From an uncultured Holophagales bacterium (lineage in GTDB: Bacteria; Acidobacteriota; Thermoanaerobaculia; Multivoradales; UBA5704), in contig CAWJGT010000009.1 of the NCBI GenBank assembly GCA_963842525.1, forward strand, positions 192,001-256,000: a stretch of DNA of 64,000 bases, given 5' to 3'. Position 1 is the stretch's first letter. Every line of letters begins with the position of its first letter. The notes under the pieces were generated by a model that had not been told where the DNA came from, made no database searches, and saw only the letters and a program-made list of their open reading frames with translations. Both the position numbers and the translations under genes were made by a program. Below are positions 10,103 through 20,694 of the stretch, in pieces.

Positions 10103-10872
10103 GGGCTCGTCACGAAATAAGTGTCTCATCTGCGGGCTCTCTCGCCCCGGGAAGTCAACGCCGTCTGACGACTGCACCAAAGGTACGGCGCGACGCTAGG
10201 AGCGCCAGCGTCTCGCCGGCATCATCAAGACAGCGGGCCGAAAGCCCGGCCTTCTGGGAAGAACGGCGGGAAGCGAGGTGGGGGTTCGGGCTGGCTGCGG
10301 AGGCCCATCGCCGGTCGCCGTAGCCGCGGGGACTGTGGGCCGGCGGGACGCCGGCGCTCCCAGTGGGCGATGGCTCGGCCCTTGCGCGAGTTCGAACCGC
10401 TGCCGCGGCGGCGACAACGCCCACCGCGGGACCAGCTACAGCCACCGCAGGGAGTCGAACCGCTGCCGCGGCGGCGACAACGCCCGCCGCGGGACCAGCT
10501 ACAGCCACCGCGGGGAGTCGAACCGCTGCCGCGGCGGCGACAACGCCCACCGCGGGACCAGCTACAGCCACCGCGGGAAGTCGAACCGCTGCCGCGGCGG
10601 CGACAACGCCCGCCGCGGGACCAGCTACAGCCACCGCGGGAAGTCGAACCGCTGCCGCGGCGGCGGCAACGCCCACCGCGGCAGCAGCTCCATCCACCGC
10701 GGGGAGTCGAACCAGTCCGCGGGACCAGCAGGACTGCCGGCTTCCCGCCCTAGATCCTACACTCCCGTTCAGCATGACACGATAGACCGGGCTCTGCGGT
10801 GAGAACCTTCCTGGATCGCTGGCGAGCTTCTTTGGAAGACCGAAACTGCGACACTTATTTCGTGACGAGCCC
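10103..10872. mobile_element. Non-autonomous TIR element (MITE, IS5/PIF-like TAA target)
   Basis: Perfect 23-bp TIRs GGGCTCGTCACGAAATAAGTGTC / GACACTTATTTCGTGACGAGCCC; TAA duplication at 10100-10102 and 10873-10875; no transposase. Confidence 0.85.
10392..10722. repeat. 5 x 63-bp tandem repeat built from 21-bp subunits carrying CCGCGG
   Basis: TCGAACC starts at 10392, 10455, 10518, 10581, 10644 and 10707. Confidence 0.95.
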
Positions 10873-11114
10873 TAAGAGTTTTGTCCTGCCGCATAGAGCT
10901 GGATCGAACGGAGGGTGCCCGGTGTGTCCGCCGCCTCGCGGTATGCATAGCCGCCGCTCCCGAACTGGTTCGGCGTGAAGTGGGCGAAGCCCCATCGACA
11001 TAGGCTGCGACGGGTCCAGGTAGTTTCGTGGTCGACATGTTGTTTCCTCCCGGTCGTTCGGAGCGGAAGTGCGCTCCGTTGCATAGACCGAAGGATGGGC
11101 GCTAAGCTGAAGAA

Positions 11115-11480
11115 ATGACAAGAACGCACGAAAAAGTAAGGTACCCACCTGAAGGTAAGCCTGAAGCGCTGACGCCGGTGACCGCGGCGGCCGGCGTCGA
11201 GCAGGCATTCAAGATGCTGGAGGGACGCTGGAAACTGCTGATCCTGTTCCACCTGTTTGGCGGCAAGGTGTTGCGGTTCTCGGAGTTGGAGCGCGCCCTA
11301 CCTGCGATTTCGCAGAAGATGCTCATCCAGCAACTGCGCCAGATGGAGTCAGACGGAATCGTGCGGCGTATAGTTCATCACCAGGTGCCGCCGAAGGTGG
11401 AATACGGTCTGACTGATTGGGGCCAAGCCTTGTGCCCGGCGCTGGACGCCTTGCTGAAGTGGGCAGCGATGCGCGAGTGA
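11115..11480 (+). CDS. HxlR-family regulator (copy 2)
   Basis: Protein identical to 6537-6902. Confidence 0.9.
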   Translation: MTRTHEKVRYPPEGKPEALTPVTAAAGVEQAFKMLEGRWKLLILFHLFGGKVLRFSELERALPAISQKMLIQQLRQMESDGIVRRIVHHQVPPKVEYGLTDWGQALCPALDALLKWAAMRE

Positions 11481-11536
11481 GGTCTGGCGTGGGACGGCAT
11501 GGGTAATGTGACGAAATAAAATTATAGCAGCATCAC

Positions 11537-13237
11537 TTATTGCAACGCCATCGCCGGGATCATCCACGGGAAGACATAGGCCTGAAGGAAGACGAGGACG
11601 CCGACCAGGGCGGCGAGCGCGATGCTGTGCCAGAAGACGTAGCGCAGGATCTCGCCCTCTTTGCCGTGCTGGCCGGTGGCGACGCCTGCCACGACGATGC
11701 TCTGGGCGTCGATCATCTTTCCCATGACGCCGCCGGTGCTGTTGGCGGCACAGGCCAGGATGGGGCTCAGACCCCAGCCGTTCGGCGCTGATCCGCTGGA
11801 GGCCCCCGAAGAGGACATTCGATGAGGTGTCGCTGCCGGTGAGCGCCACCCCGAGCCAGCCCAGCAGCGGCGAGAAGAACGGGAAGAGCACTCCGGTCGA
11901 CGCAAAGGCGAGCCCCATCGTCGCGTCCAGGCCGGCATAGCGGGTCGCGAATCCCAGGGCCAGCATGGCGGCAATCGTCAAGAGCGACCACTGCACCCGC
12001 CAGAGCGTCCGTCCGAGGATCTTCCCGAGCTCGGCGAGCGAGAACCCGAGGAGGAGACCGCTCACGATTCCGGTCAGCAGGAGGCCCGTCCCCGTGGCGG
12101 AGAGCCAGTTGAAGGTGTAGACCGCGGCCTCCGGCGTCGGCTCCTTGACCACCGGCGGCATCTTCACGACCGCTTTGTCGAGCCCGGGGACGGGGATGTC
12201 GAGGACCGAGATCCCGTGCAGGAAGTTCTCATGCCCCTCGGCGCCGCCGTTCAAAAAGCTCTTGACGCCGGGTAGCCCCAGAGGAAGACGAAGACGGAGA
12301 GGAGGAGCCAGGGCATCGAGGGCCTTGAACGCCGTCTTCGGGCTGTGCTCGGGCCGCGCCGCCGCCTCGGCCGCGCGCTCCTCGACCGACTCGTGCGCGA
12401 AGCTCCACGTCGTCTTCGGCTGCCAGAAGCGAAGGAGGACGAGCAGCGACAGGATCGAGACGATCGCGCCCGCGATGTCGACCAGCCAGGGGCCGTGAAT
12501 AGTTGCTGACGAGGAACTGGGTGACGCCGAAGGTGACGCCGGCCGTGAGGCAGGCGGGCCACACCTCGCGCATCGCCTTGCCGTCCGGCCATCGCCCAGA
12601 CCATCCAGAACGGGACGAGGACCGAGAAGAACGGAAGCTGCCGCCCGGCCATCGCGCTGAGAGCGCGTCGTCCGGGAGGCCGGTGACCTGCGCGAGCGTG
12701 ATGATCGGCGTGCCGAGCGCGCCGAAGGCGACCGGCGCCGTGTTGCCGATCAGCGCGAGCCCCGCCGCCTGGAGCGGCTTGAAGCCGAGCCCGATGAGCA
12801 TCGCGCCGCAGATGGCGACCGGCGTGCCGAAGCCGGCCGCGCCCTCGATGAACGCGCCGAAGCTGAAGCGCGATCAGCAGCAGCCTGGATGCGCCGGTCG
12901 CTCGCGAGGCCCGCGATCGTCTGCTTCAGGACCTCGAACTCGCCCGACTTGACGGTGACGTCGTAGACGAAGATCGCGCTCGAGCGACGATCCAGCCGAT
13001 CGGCAGGAGGCCGAAGGCGGCGCCGTCGGCAGCGGCGGCGAGCGCGAGCTGCGCCGGCATGCCGTAGACGAGGATGGCGATCGCGAGCGCCGTGGCGAGC
13101 CCGAGGAGCGCGGCCCAGTGCGCCCGCACGTGGAAGAAAGCGAGGAGCCCGAGGAGGACGACGACGGGAATGGCGGCAACCAGCGCCGACGCGAGAAGGC
13201 TGCCGTTGACGGGCGAGTACACCTGCGTCCAGATCAT
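11537..13237 (-). CDS. lctP: L-lactate permease (multiple frameshifts)
   Basis: [37 protein letters not shown] and [13 protein letters not shown] distributed across frames. Confidence 0.85.
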
Positions 13238-13403
13238 TGCGCTGTTCTCGTCGAGCTTCCAGTCCAGGCCGATTCTAGATCGATTGGGGCACGTACCGCC
13301 TGGTCGAGAGCTCGAAAGCGACGTCGGCGAGGGGGATCGGCTAAATCTTCTTCGCGCCGGTCCCTTCCTCGAAAGCATGATGGACCTCCCGCAAACAGCG
13401 TAT

Positions 13404-15517
13404 TCAGTTCAAGCTGATCATAAACCAGGTATAAGGCGCCTCGACGGGCCCGATGCCGCCCGGTCCGCGGTTGATCCAGATGAACAGGTCGCCGTTCGGC
13501 TGCTCGGCCACGTGGAAGTTCGAGATCTCGATGTCGATCGGGTCGAAGCTGTTCCGCTCGTCGAGGAGCGTGAGGCTCGACCTGACCACCGCGTGGGTTA
13601 CCGGGTTGAGCTCGCCGATGAACAGCTTGTGGCGCGGGAAGTTCCCGACCGTGGCCACGCCTTCGGAGCTGATTGTCCCGATCCAGTAGAACTTCTCCGT
13701 CTTCGTCGACTTGAAGATCCAGGAAGGCGCCGTCGCCGACTCGATCGGCGTGCCGTCGTCGTAGGCGAGCTTCATGGCCGGCCCGAAGTTCCGGCAGTAG
13801 TCGTTCGAGATGGCATACCAATGGTAGCTATGCTCGAAGGCGACCGACAGGCCGTGGGAGTTCGACCCTCTCGCGACCATCATGCACTTTCCGGCCGTGT
13901 CGAGATCGACGAGGGTCGCTTCCTCGAGGCCTCTCGTCGACTGGCTCTCGGGAACGGTGACGAAGTTCGAACGCGACCCAGTCGACGTCGGTCCCGTCCG
14001 CCTTCCAGGCCCCGACCACCGCGGCCACCTCGCCGTAGGAGGTCACGGAATACTCCGGCGTGAAGGGCGCGTCACCGGCTGCATTGAGCGGCCAGCGGCT
14101 CACGGGCAGCAGGATCTCGCCACGGTGGTTGAGGTTGAGCCGGTTGAGCCCCGGGTAGGCCCCGCCGTTGATCGCGGAGCGGATGCCCGGGATCGGCTCC
14201 GAGAGGCTTCCTCCCTGGACGACCAGGGGCTTGTACCCGAACATTCGGGAGTCGTAGCCCAGGAAGCTCGCGCCGCCGTCGATCGAGACGCGATACCAGA
14301 TCTGCATGGTCTTCGCCACGCTCGTCCCGTCGCAGCCCTCGATCTGCCCGGACGGAAGGTCGGGGACGCACTTCGATGCGATCGCCATCTGCACGAGCTG
14401 GTTGGGATCGGCGGGGTTCCTGACGATGTTCGCACCGCCGTTCGTGGTCGTCAGCACGTACTCCTTCTCCGGAAGGCCGGGGTACTGGTAGTGCGCGTTC
14501 GCGCCCGTGTTCATGCCGGCGAACGATGGATAGACGGAGTACCAATACTGGCACCAGATCGGGTCCGAGCTTGTTCCGTGCTCCTTGAGGAGCACCTGGA
14601 TCGGAGGAGGCGTGTCGGCCGTCTGGAACTGATAATCCTTGGAGTACCAGGAGCCCGCTCGCCTCGACCAGAGCCGGACGAAGATTGTCGTGCCGAGAGG
14701 GAGGCCGGAAACGGTTCTCGATCCGCCCGAAGCCGATCCGACCGTCTCGTGGAAGAGGTCGCCGTAGGGATCGCCGTCCAGCGAGGCCGCTGTCGTCCCG
14801 ATGCCGAGCCAGTAGTTGTCGACCGCGCTGTCGCCGACCCAGGAGAAGGTCGCCGTCGAGCCGAGCACGTGACCACGGAGCGGGAAGCTCAGCTCCGCGG
14901 GCCTGACCGCGCTGACGAAGCTTCGGTTCTCGGAGAACCAGTTGCCCTCGACCTGGTACCGAGAAGCTCCAGCGTGACCGCATTGCCGTCGTTCGGCAGG
15001 TGATTCACCGTGACCGAGCGCGCCGAGGCCGGCAGACTTGCTGGGAGAAGATCGGAGCGTTCTGGTTTGCGGGGTGCCGGAGGTTCACGAAGTAGGCCTG
15101 CGCTTCCGGAACCGCGCTCCAGTGGATCGTGACCGTGGAGCCCTCGACCGTGGCTCCCGGGGCCGGGCTGGTCAGGAAGGACCTGCTGCTGACGAAGCCG
15201 ATCACCTCGTACTCCCAGGCGCCGCCGACCAGGTACCAGAAGTCCGCCACGAGCTGGCTGTCGTCGTTCGGCATCCCCGAGACGTCGACCGAGAGGGCGG
15301 ATGCCGGGATCTGCTGCGAGAAGTAGAGGAGGTCGGGGTTGTCCTGGCGCCTGACGTTCAGGAAGTACGCCTGGGCCCCCGGCACCGCGTTCCAGCGGAA
15401 GGTGACGGGATCGTCGGCGACCAAGGCCCCGGAGGATGGCTGGGTCAGGAATCCTCCCGCGAGCGCGCTCTGGGCCTGGGCAAAGAAAAACAGGGCAATC
15501 AGCATCAATTTCTGCAT
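13404..15517 (-). CDS. Secreted protein with repeated beta-sandwich modules and a BNR/Asp-box domain (frameshifted)
   Basis: Signal peptide MQKLMLIAL...ALA; repeated LTxP..G...VTxxWxAVPxAQAYFxN modules; YRVSIDGGASF Asp-box-like motif; ORFs 15005-15517, 13828-14868 and 13404-13883 abut. Confidence 0.55.
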
Positions 15518-15621
15518 ACGTTCCTCCGCTGTGCGATCGAGGTGTTCTCAACGAGGCTCTTGGCGTCCTGGCCGGCGCTCGCATCTTCCGGGAGCCCGGT
15601 GACCTTGGCGAGAGTGATGAT

Positions 15622-15703
15622 CGACGACGACGGGAATCGCGGCAACGAGCGCCGAGGCGAGAAGGCTGCCGTTGACGGGAGAGTACACCTGCGTCCAAGT
15701 CAT
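15622..15703 (-). pseudogene. Diverged copy of the lactate permease 5' end
   Basis: [27 protein letters not shown] versus [27 protein letters not shown] at 13237. Confidence 0.8.
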
Positions 15704-16412
15704 TGCACTGTTCTCGCCGACTTGAATTCCACCGTCACAAACCGCGCCCGGTCTTTGGCTGTGTTCGTCAGCGTGTGCGTGTAGCCGCCGGGCAGCCACT
15801 TGACGTCGCCGGATTTGAATGTGCCGGGCATCGGACCCTGCCCTTCGACGTCGCTGCGGAGCTCGAGGCCGCTCACTGCCACCAGCAGGTGCGGACCGTC
15901 GTGATGGTGGTTGGGCACCGTGGCTCCCGGTTCGAGCTCGACGGCCGAGACGCGGGCGCCGTCCCGGACGAAGAGCACCTTGATCCATCCACCCGGAAAT
16001 TCCTGGTCGCCGCCCTCCGGCCAGGGAGACGGTGCCTCGCGAAGCTTTTCATCCTGCATCAGCTCGACGGTCACGTTGCGGAACGGCTGGTCGGCGAGGT
16101 TCCTGGCCACGTGCGCGAAGTTGCCGGGCGTGAAACGGGTCTCCCCGTCCGAGAGCTTCAGCTCGACCGGCGGCTTGCCGAGCACCTCGTTCGAGACGTG
16201 GGCCTCTCCCAGCGTGACGAAGAGATAGTCGTGCCCGTGGCTGTGCAGCAGCGTGGAAGCCTGCGGCGCCACCTCGACCTGGAAGACGCGGACCTGTTCG
16301 TTGGCAAGAGCCAGGTGATGCGAGGGCTCGGCGGTGATCTCGACGGCCTCCGTCGAGGGAGAAGCAGGCAGAGCAGGGACAAAGCGAAGGATCCGGTCAT
16401 CCTCATCGTCAT
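15700..16412 (-). CDS. Secreted tandem cupin-domain protein (frameshifted)
   Basis: LHSHGHDY and NHHHDGPH cupin motifs; the signal-like N-terminus is in an adjacent frame. Confidence 0.7.
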
Positions 16413-16591
16413 GCCTCCATGGAAGATGGGGTGACGATATCAGGGGACAGGGGTCCTGGGGGGCCGTTCCCGGCGGGGGAGAAGGAGGAGGCGAACGCGT
16501 CCCTCAGCTACGAGCTTGAGTCCAGGTGGGGCCTTGCCAGCCGAGGGAACTAGTCATATAACTAGTCTGTTGGGTCATCAGGGAGGTGCCT

Positions 16592-16867
16592 ATGGCTGTA
16601 GATCAGTCCGCAAAGCGGTGGCCGGTACAGGACGCGAAGGCGCGCTTCAGCGAGTTGCTGGAGGCGAGCCTCAACGAAGGTCCGCAGATCGTCACCCGGC
16701 GAGGTGTAGAGACCGCTGTTCTGGTTCCCTTCGAGGAGTGGAGCCGGCTCCAGAGCTCGGCGCGGCCAACGCTCAAGGAGCTCCTCCTCGCCGAGGCGCC
16801 GCGAGCCGAGATCCCGGTCCCCCCGCGCCGCCGGTGGCGTCGGCGGACGCCCGCGGCGCTCGAGTAG
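16592..16867 (+). CDS. Phd/YefM antitoxin
   Basis: WPVQDAKARFSELL...GPQIVTRRG; GGAGG RBS. Confidence 0.88.
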   Translation: MAVDQSAKRWPVQDAKARFSELLEASLNEGPQIVTRRGVETAVLVPFEEWSRLQSSARPTLKELLLAEAPRAEIPVPPRRRWRRRTPAALE

Positions 16868-16872
16868 GGCTC

Positions 16873-17049
16873 ATGTATCTCCTCGACACCAACGTCATCT
16901 CGGAGCTGAGGCGACCCCGGCCCCACGGAGCCGTGGTCGCCTGGCTTGAAGGAGTTGCGGACAACGACCTTCACCTGTCCGCCGTCACCTTGGGCGAGCT
17001 ACAGGCCGGGGTCGAGATCACCCGTGAACGGGACCCGGAGAAGGCCTAG
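16873..17049 (+). pseudogene. vapC: Truncated VapC toxin
   Basis: MYLLDTNVISEL...TLGELQAG stops after 58 aa. Confidence 0.8.
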
Positions 17050-17212
17050 GCGCGTCTGCTCGCTCCCTCGTGAGCGCCGGGAGCCGCGAACGCCGCAGGG
17101 CCGTCACAGAAGGGACTGCAACTTGTCACCGCGAAACGCGGCGGGAAGGCGCTTTTCCGCTTTCTCTCCACGGCCGGACCGGGTAAGATCCCACCTGGAA
17201 GGGAAGGAATTC

Positions 17213-17879
17213 ATGGAACGACATCTGGATCACGACCTCGATCGCATCCGGCAGATGCTGCTCAAGATGGGTGGCATGGTCGAGGGTATGGTCGCCAAGG
17301 CGACCCAGTCCCTGCTCGACCGTGAACAATGCGCTGTGCACCGAGGTGATCGACGGCGACCGCGAGATCGACCAGCTCGAGATCGAGATCGACGAAGCCT
17401 GCCACAGCATCCTCGGCCGCAAGCAGCCGACGGCGGTCGACCTGCGCTTCCTGGTCGCGGTGATGAAGATCAACAGCGACCTCGAACGGATCGGCGACTC
17501 GGCCGTCAACATCGCCCAGTCGGCCGAGCAGCTCAACGAGCAGCCGATTCTCAAGCCCTATATCGACCTGCCGCACATGTCAACGCTGGTGCAGGGCATG
17601 GTGCGCCGGAGCCTCGACGCCTTCGTGCAGCGGGACGCCAAGATGGCGGTCGAGGTCTGCCAGGGCGACGACGAGGTGGACGGTCTCTACAAGCAGCTCT
17701 TCCGCGAGCTGCTGACCTACATGATCGAAGATCCCAAGACGGTCAGCCGGGCGCTCCACCTCCTGCTCATCTCGCGCAACCTGGAGCGTATCGCGGACCA
17801 CGCGACCAACATCGCCGAGGACGTCATCTTCTATGTCGAAGGGAGAGACATCCGCCACTCCCTGGGCGTGGCGAGCTGA
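17213..17879 (+). CDS. phoU: Phosphate regulator PhoU (one frameshift near 17325)
   Basis: QPTAVDLR, DLERIGD and NLERIADHATNIAE motifs. Confidence 0.92.
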
Positions 17880-18370
17880 CGGAGTTGAAGGTCCTCACCC
17901 TTTGCACGGGCAACTCGGCGCGCAGCATCCTCGCCGAGCACCTCCTGCGCAAGGCTGGCAGCAGGCGCTTCGAGACCTGGAGCGCCGGCTCCCAGCCCAA
18001 GGGCGAGGTCCACCCCGTGACCTTGCAGGTGCTCCGGGACTACAAGATGGATGCGAGCGACGCCCGCAGCAAGTCCTGGGAGGAGCTCAGGGACGTCGAT
18101 TTCGACTTCGTGATCACGGTCTGTGACAACGCCCGCGAGAGCTGTCCCCTCTGGCTGGGGAAAGGCCATCCCATCATGGCTCACTGGGGCGTGCCCGACC
18201 CGGCCGCCGTGGACGGCTCGCCGGAGGAGCAGCTCCAGGCCTTCCGGCAGGCCGCCCGCATCCTCAGCCGTCGCATCGAGCTCTTCTGCAACCTGCCCTT
18301 CGACAAGCTGGACCGCCTGCGCCTGGAGGAGTCCCTCCACGACATCGGCAGCCGCGGCGCCGATCTCTAG
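17876..18370 (+). CDS. arsC: Arsenate reductase, LMW-PTPase family
   Basis: CTGNSARS P-loop, VCDNARESCP redox Cys pair, HWGVPDP; start (CTG/TTG) uncertain. Confidence 0.82.
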   Translation: MTELKVLTLCTGNSARSILAEHLLRKAGSRRFETWSAGSQPKGEVHPVTLQVLRDYKMDASDARSKSWEELRDVDFDFVITVCDNARESCPLWLGKGHPIMAHWGVPDPAAVDGSPEEQLQAFRQAARILSRRIELFCNLPFDKLDRLRLEESLHDIGSRGADL

Positions 18371-18459
18371 CACAGCCGCTCCGCCCAGGCTGGGGGGATC
18401 TGCGGCTCAAAATGCCGAGCCGGCCGATGTATGCGGCGAATGGCGCTATACTGCCGCTC

Positions 18460-18831
18460 ATGAGAGCTCAGGAGCACGAGCAGGAAACCCGCCGCATCGC
18501 CGAGCATCTCCATGAGCTGATCCGGATTCAGAAACGCTCGCAACGCTCCATCGAGCAGGAGCTCGGGCTGGGAAGCGCCATCCTGAGCAAGATGCTCAAC
18601 GGCACGATCCGCCTCCAGTTCAGTCATGTCCTGATGATCCTGTCCGCCCTCGGGGTTCCGCCGGGCCAGTTCTTCCGCACCGTCTTCCCGCAGAAGGGGC
18701 ATGACCATCCGTCTCTGATCAAGCTGCGCGAGCTGCATGGCGAGGTCCAGGAGCAGGATTCGCCGGAGTTCGACGACCGGGTTCGGCGTTCGCTGCTCCG
18801 CCTTCTCGGAGAGCTACGGGACGAAGCGTAG
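18460..18831 (+). CDS. XRE-like HTH regulator
   Basis: SQRSIEQELGLGSAILSKMLNG...ILSALGVPPGQFF; paralog of 21696-22028. Confidence 0.8.
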   Translation: MRAQEHEQETRRIAEHLHELIRIQKRSQRSIEQELGLGSAILSKMLNGTIRLQFSHVLMILSALGVPPGQFFRTVFPQKGHDHPSLIKLRELHGEVQEQDSPEFDDRVRRSLLRLLGELRDEA

Positions 18832-20190
18832 CCCGGGCTGGTTCTCCAGCCGCTTCAGAAAGGACACGATCTGCCGGACCAGCTCCGCCGTCGCCGCCCG
18901 TTGACGACAGGCGTCGCGCAGGTAGCGGACCGCCCGCAGCGCTTCGCGCTCCACTCCGAGATCGCGGAAGATTTCCAAGGCCTCTTCGGCCAGGGTCTCG
19001 ACTTCCGCGGCCTTACCCCGTCGGAGCAGGACGGCCGCCAGCTCCAGGCCGAGCATCGCTGCGAGATATTCTCGATCACGAGCGAGGAATTCCTTTTTGA
19101 CCTCGGAGAAGACTTCCTCGGCGCGGCGAAGCTTGCCCAGGCCGGCGAAGATCTTTCCCTCCACCCCGCGCAGCTTCAGAAGGTTCAGAGGATCTCCCGC
19201 GAATGCCTGGCGCAGGCCGCTCTCGAGGAGGAGTCGACGTGCCTCGCGATAATCCCCGGAGTCTACAAGGGCATGCAGCAGCGCTTCCTGGCTGGTCGCA
19301 ACCAGCTTGGGATCCCGCTGCGGGTTGATCGCCTCAAGTCCCTGAAGGAGCACCTCCACCGCTTCCTGGGGCCGGCCATCGCGGTGGAGCGCAATGCCCT
19401 TCTTGATGAGAGCACGGCCGGCGAGGTGGGTCTCGCCCAGTGCGAGGTAATGGCGGTGTAGCTGGCCGAGGAGATCGAGCGTGTCGCTGAGCTTGCGCTC
19501 ATCCATCCGCAGGGACGCTTCGACGTCGAGGAGGCGCCCCAGGATCATCGGGTCGCGGGTGCCCTGTTCCAGCACCTCGGCAGCCTCGGCGAGAGCGTTC
19601 TCGGCCTCCTTGTATTGGTGGATGAGCCGCTCTGCATTGGCCAGCTCGATCAGGGTCCGGGCGTGCAGGTCGGCCCACTGCGCCGGCGTGTGGTGTCCCC
19701 GATCCATCTCCTCCTCTCTACCGATGCGTTGGACCGCCGAGCTGGCCGCCCAGACAAGGAACCGCATCCGTTCGGGATCGCGGTAGCGAAGCTCGAAGCT
19801 CAGCGCCAGGATCGCTTCGATCCATGCCCAGCCGTGGACCTCCTCGGCGAGGTCGTCGAAGATCTCCACCGAGCCTTCGAATGGCCTCTCCCGCGCCCGT
19901 GCCATCAGCCGCTCGAGATCGGCCTTGTCCTCGGCCCACTGCGTCGCATGACGCTCCAAGCCAGCCAGGGCCCGGTCGAGCACCGCGTCATATTCGTCTG
20001 CAACCTCGGCGGGAGCATCCGGAGGCACGGGCTCGTCCTCATCGAGCATCGGCCCGTATGGCGCGAGCTTCCGCCGGCACTCGGCACAGCGGCTCAGGAT
20101 CTGCCGGAGGAAATCCTGGAACGCCGGGCCCTCCAGCCGGCCCGAGACGAAGAGACGGACATCGGAGTCGGTCACATGGGTATGCGGCAT
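18814..20190 (-). CDS. TPR-like protein with an N-terminal CxxC (Zn-finger-like) motif
   Basis: LSRCAECRRKL followed by TPR-like helical repeats; paralog of 46336-47646. Confidence 0.8.
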   Translation of the reverse strand: MPHTHVTDSDVRLFVSGRLEGPAFQDFLRQILSRCAECRRKLAPYGPMLDEDEPVPPDAPAEVADEYDAVLDRALAGLERHATQWAEDKADLERLMARARERPFEGSVEIFDDLAEEVHGWAWIEAILALSFELRYRDPERMRFLVWAASSAVQRIGREEEMDRGHHTPAQWADLHARTLIELANAERLIHQYKEAENALAEAAEVLEQGTRDPMILGRLLDVEASLRMDERKLSDTLDLLGQLHRHYLALGETHLAGRALIKKGIALHRDGRPQEAVEVLLQGLEAINPQRDPKLVATSQEALLHALVDSGDYREARRLLLESGLRQAFAGDPLNLLKLRGVEGKIFAGLGKLRRAEEVFSEVKKEFLARDREYLAAMLGLELAAVLLRRGKAAEVETLAEEALEIFRDLGVEREALRAVRYLRDACRQRAATAELVRQIVSFLKRLENQPGLRFVP

Positions 20191-20313
20191 GCGCGGATCT
20201 CCCTCCCTTGGATTCCATCGAGTGCTTCGGTATTGTCTCACACCTTTCGGAGTAATGTTGCTGGAAAAGAGCACCCGGAGGCCGGTTGTACGCCTCCGGG
20301 CTGGGTGCGAAGG

Positions 20314-20694
20314 TCAGCCGTTGGGGTCGATCATGCCGCACTGGTCCGAGCTGGCCGAGGTCCCTGTTATGCAGCGGCCGTCGGGGTCGATCGATAAGCA
20401 TTGGTCCGAGCTGCCCGAGGTCCCTGCGATGCAGCGGCCGTCAGGGTCGATCGATGAGCACTGGTCTGAGTTGGCCGAGGCCCCTGCGATGCAGCGGCCG
20501 TCGGGGTCGATCATGCCGCATTGGTCCGAGCTGGCCGAGTCCGTCGGCTGCCAAGCCAGGACCGCTGTGAGCCATTCCCAGATGCGGCCGAAGCCGGTCG
20601 AGCCCCGCTCGGCCGCGTAGGCAGGTGTCACCGGGCCGGCGAGCGCCAACCCGAAAGCCAGAGCCGCCGCGAGCCATGTTCCTCTCCGAATCAT
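20314..20694 (-). CDS. Secreted multi-core DPxG peptide precursor
   Basis: AAGGAGG RBS; signal peptide ending AYA; four SDQCxxIDP[DN]G cores on 60-bp repeats. Confidence 0.8.
   Translation of the reverse strand: MIRRGTWLAAALAFGLALAGPVTPAYAAERGSTGFGRIWEWLTAVLAWQPTDSASSDQCGMIDPDGRCIAGASANSDQCSSIDPDGRCIAGTSGSSDQCLSIDPDGRCITGTSASSDQCGMIDPNG

Larger units (their letters stand above)
9960..10990 (-). pseudogene. 3' fragment of an NRWGDYS-motif protein gene, interrupted by a MITE
   Basis: Removing 10103-10872 and one TAA restores ...YAAGQNSYFKTFGGTKNRWGDYSATQVDPSDDHSFWTVQE. Confidence 0.7.

Noticed and set aside
10392-10722. 63-bp repeat array as a CRISPR
   Set aside because: No unique spacers, the units are contiguous near-copies, and there are no cas genes in the window.
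16946-18370. 474-aa ORF as a PhoU-ArsC fusion
   Set aside because: It is created by the phoU frameshift; corrected phoU stops at 17879.
20317-20540. 60-bp repeats as a CRISPR or noncoding array
   Set aside because: They are in-frame coding repeats within an ORF that has an RBS and a signal peptide.
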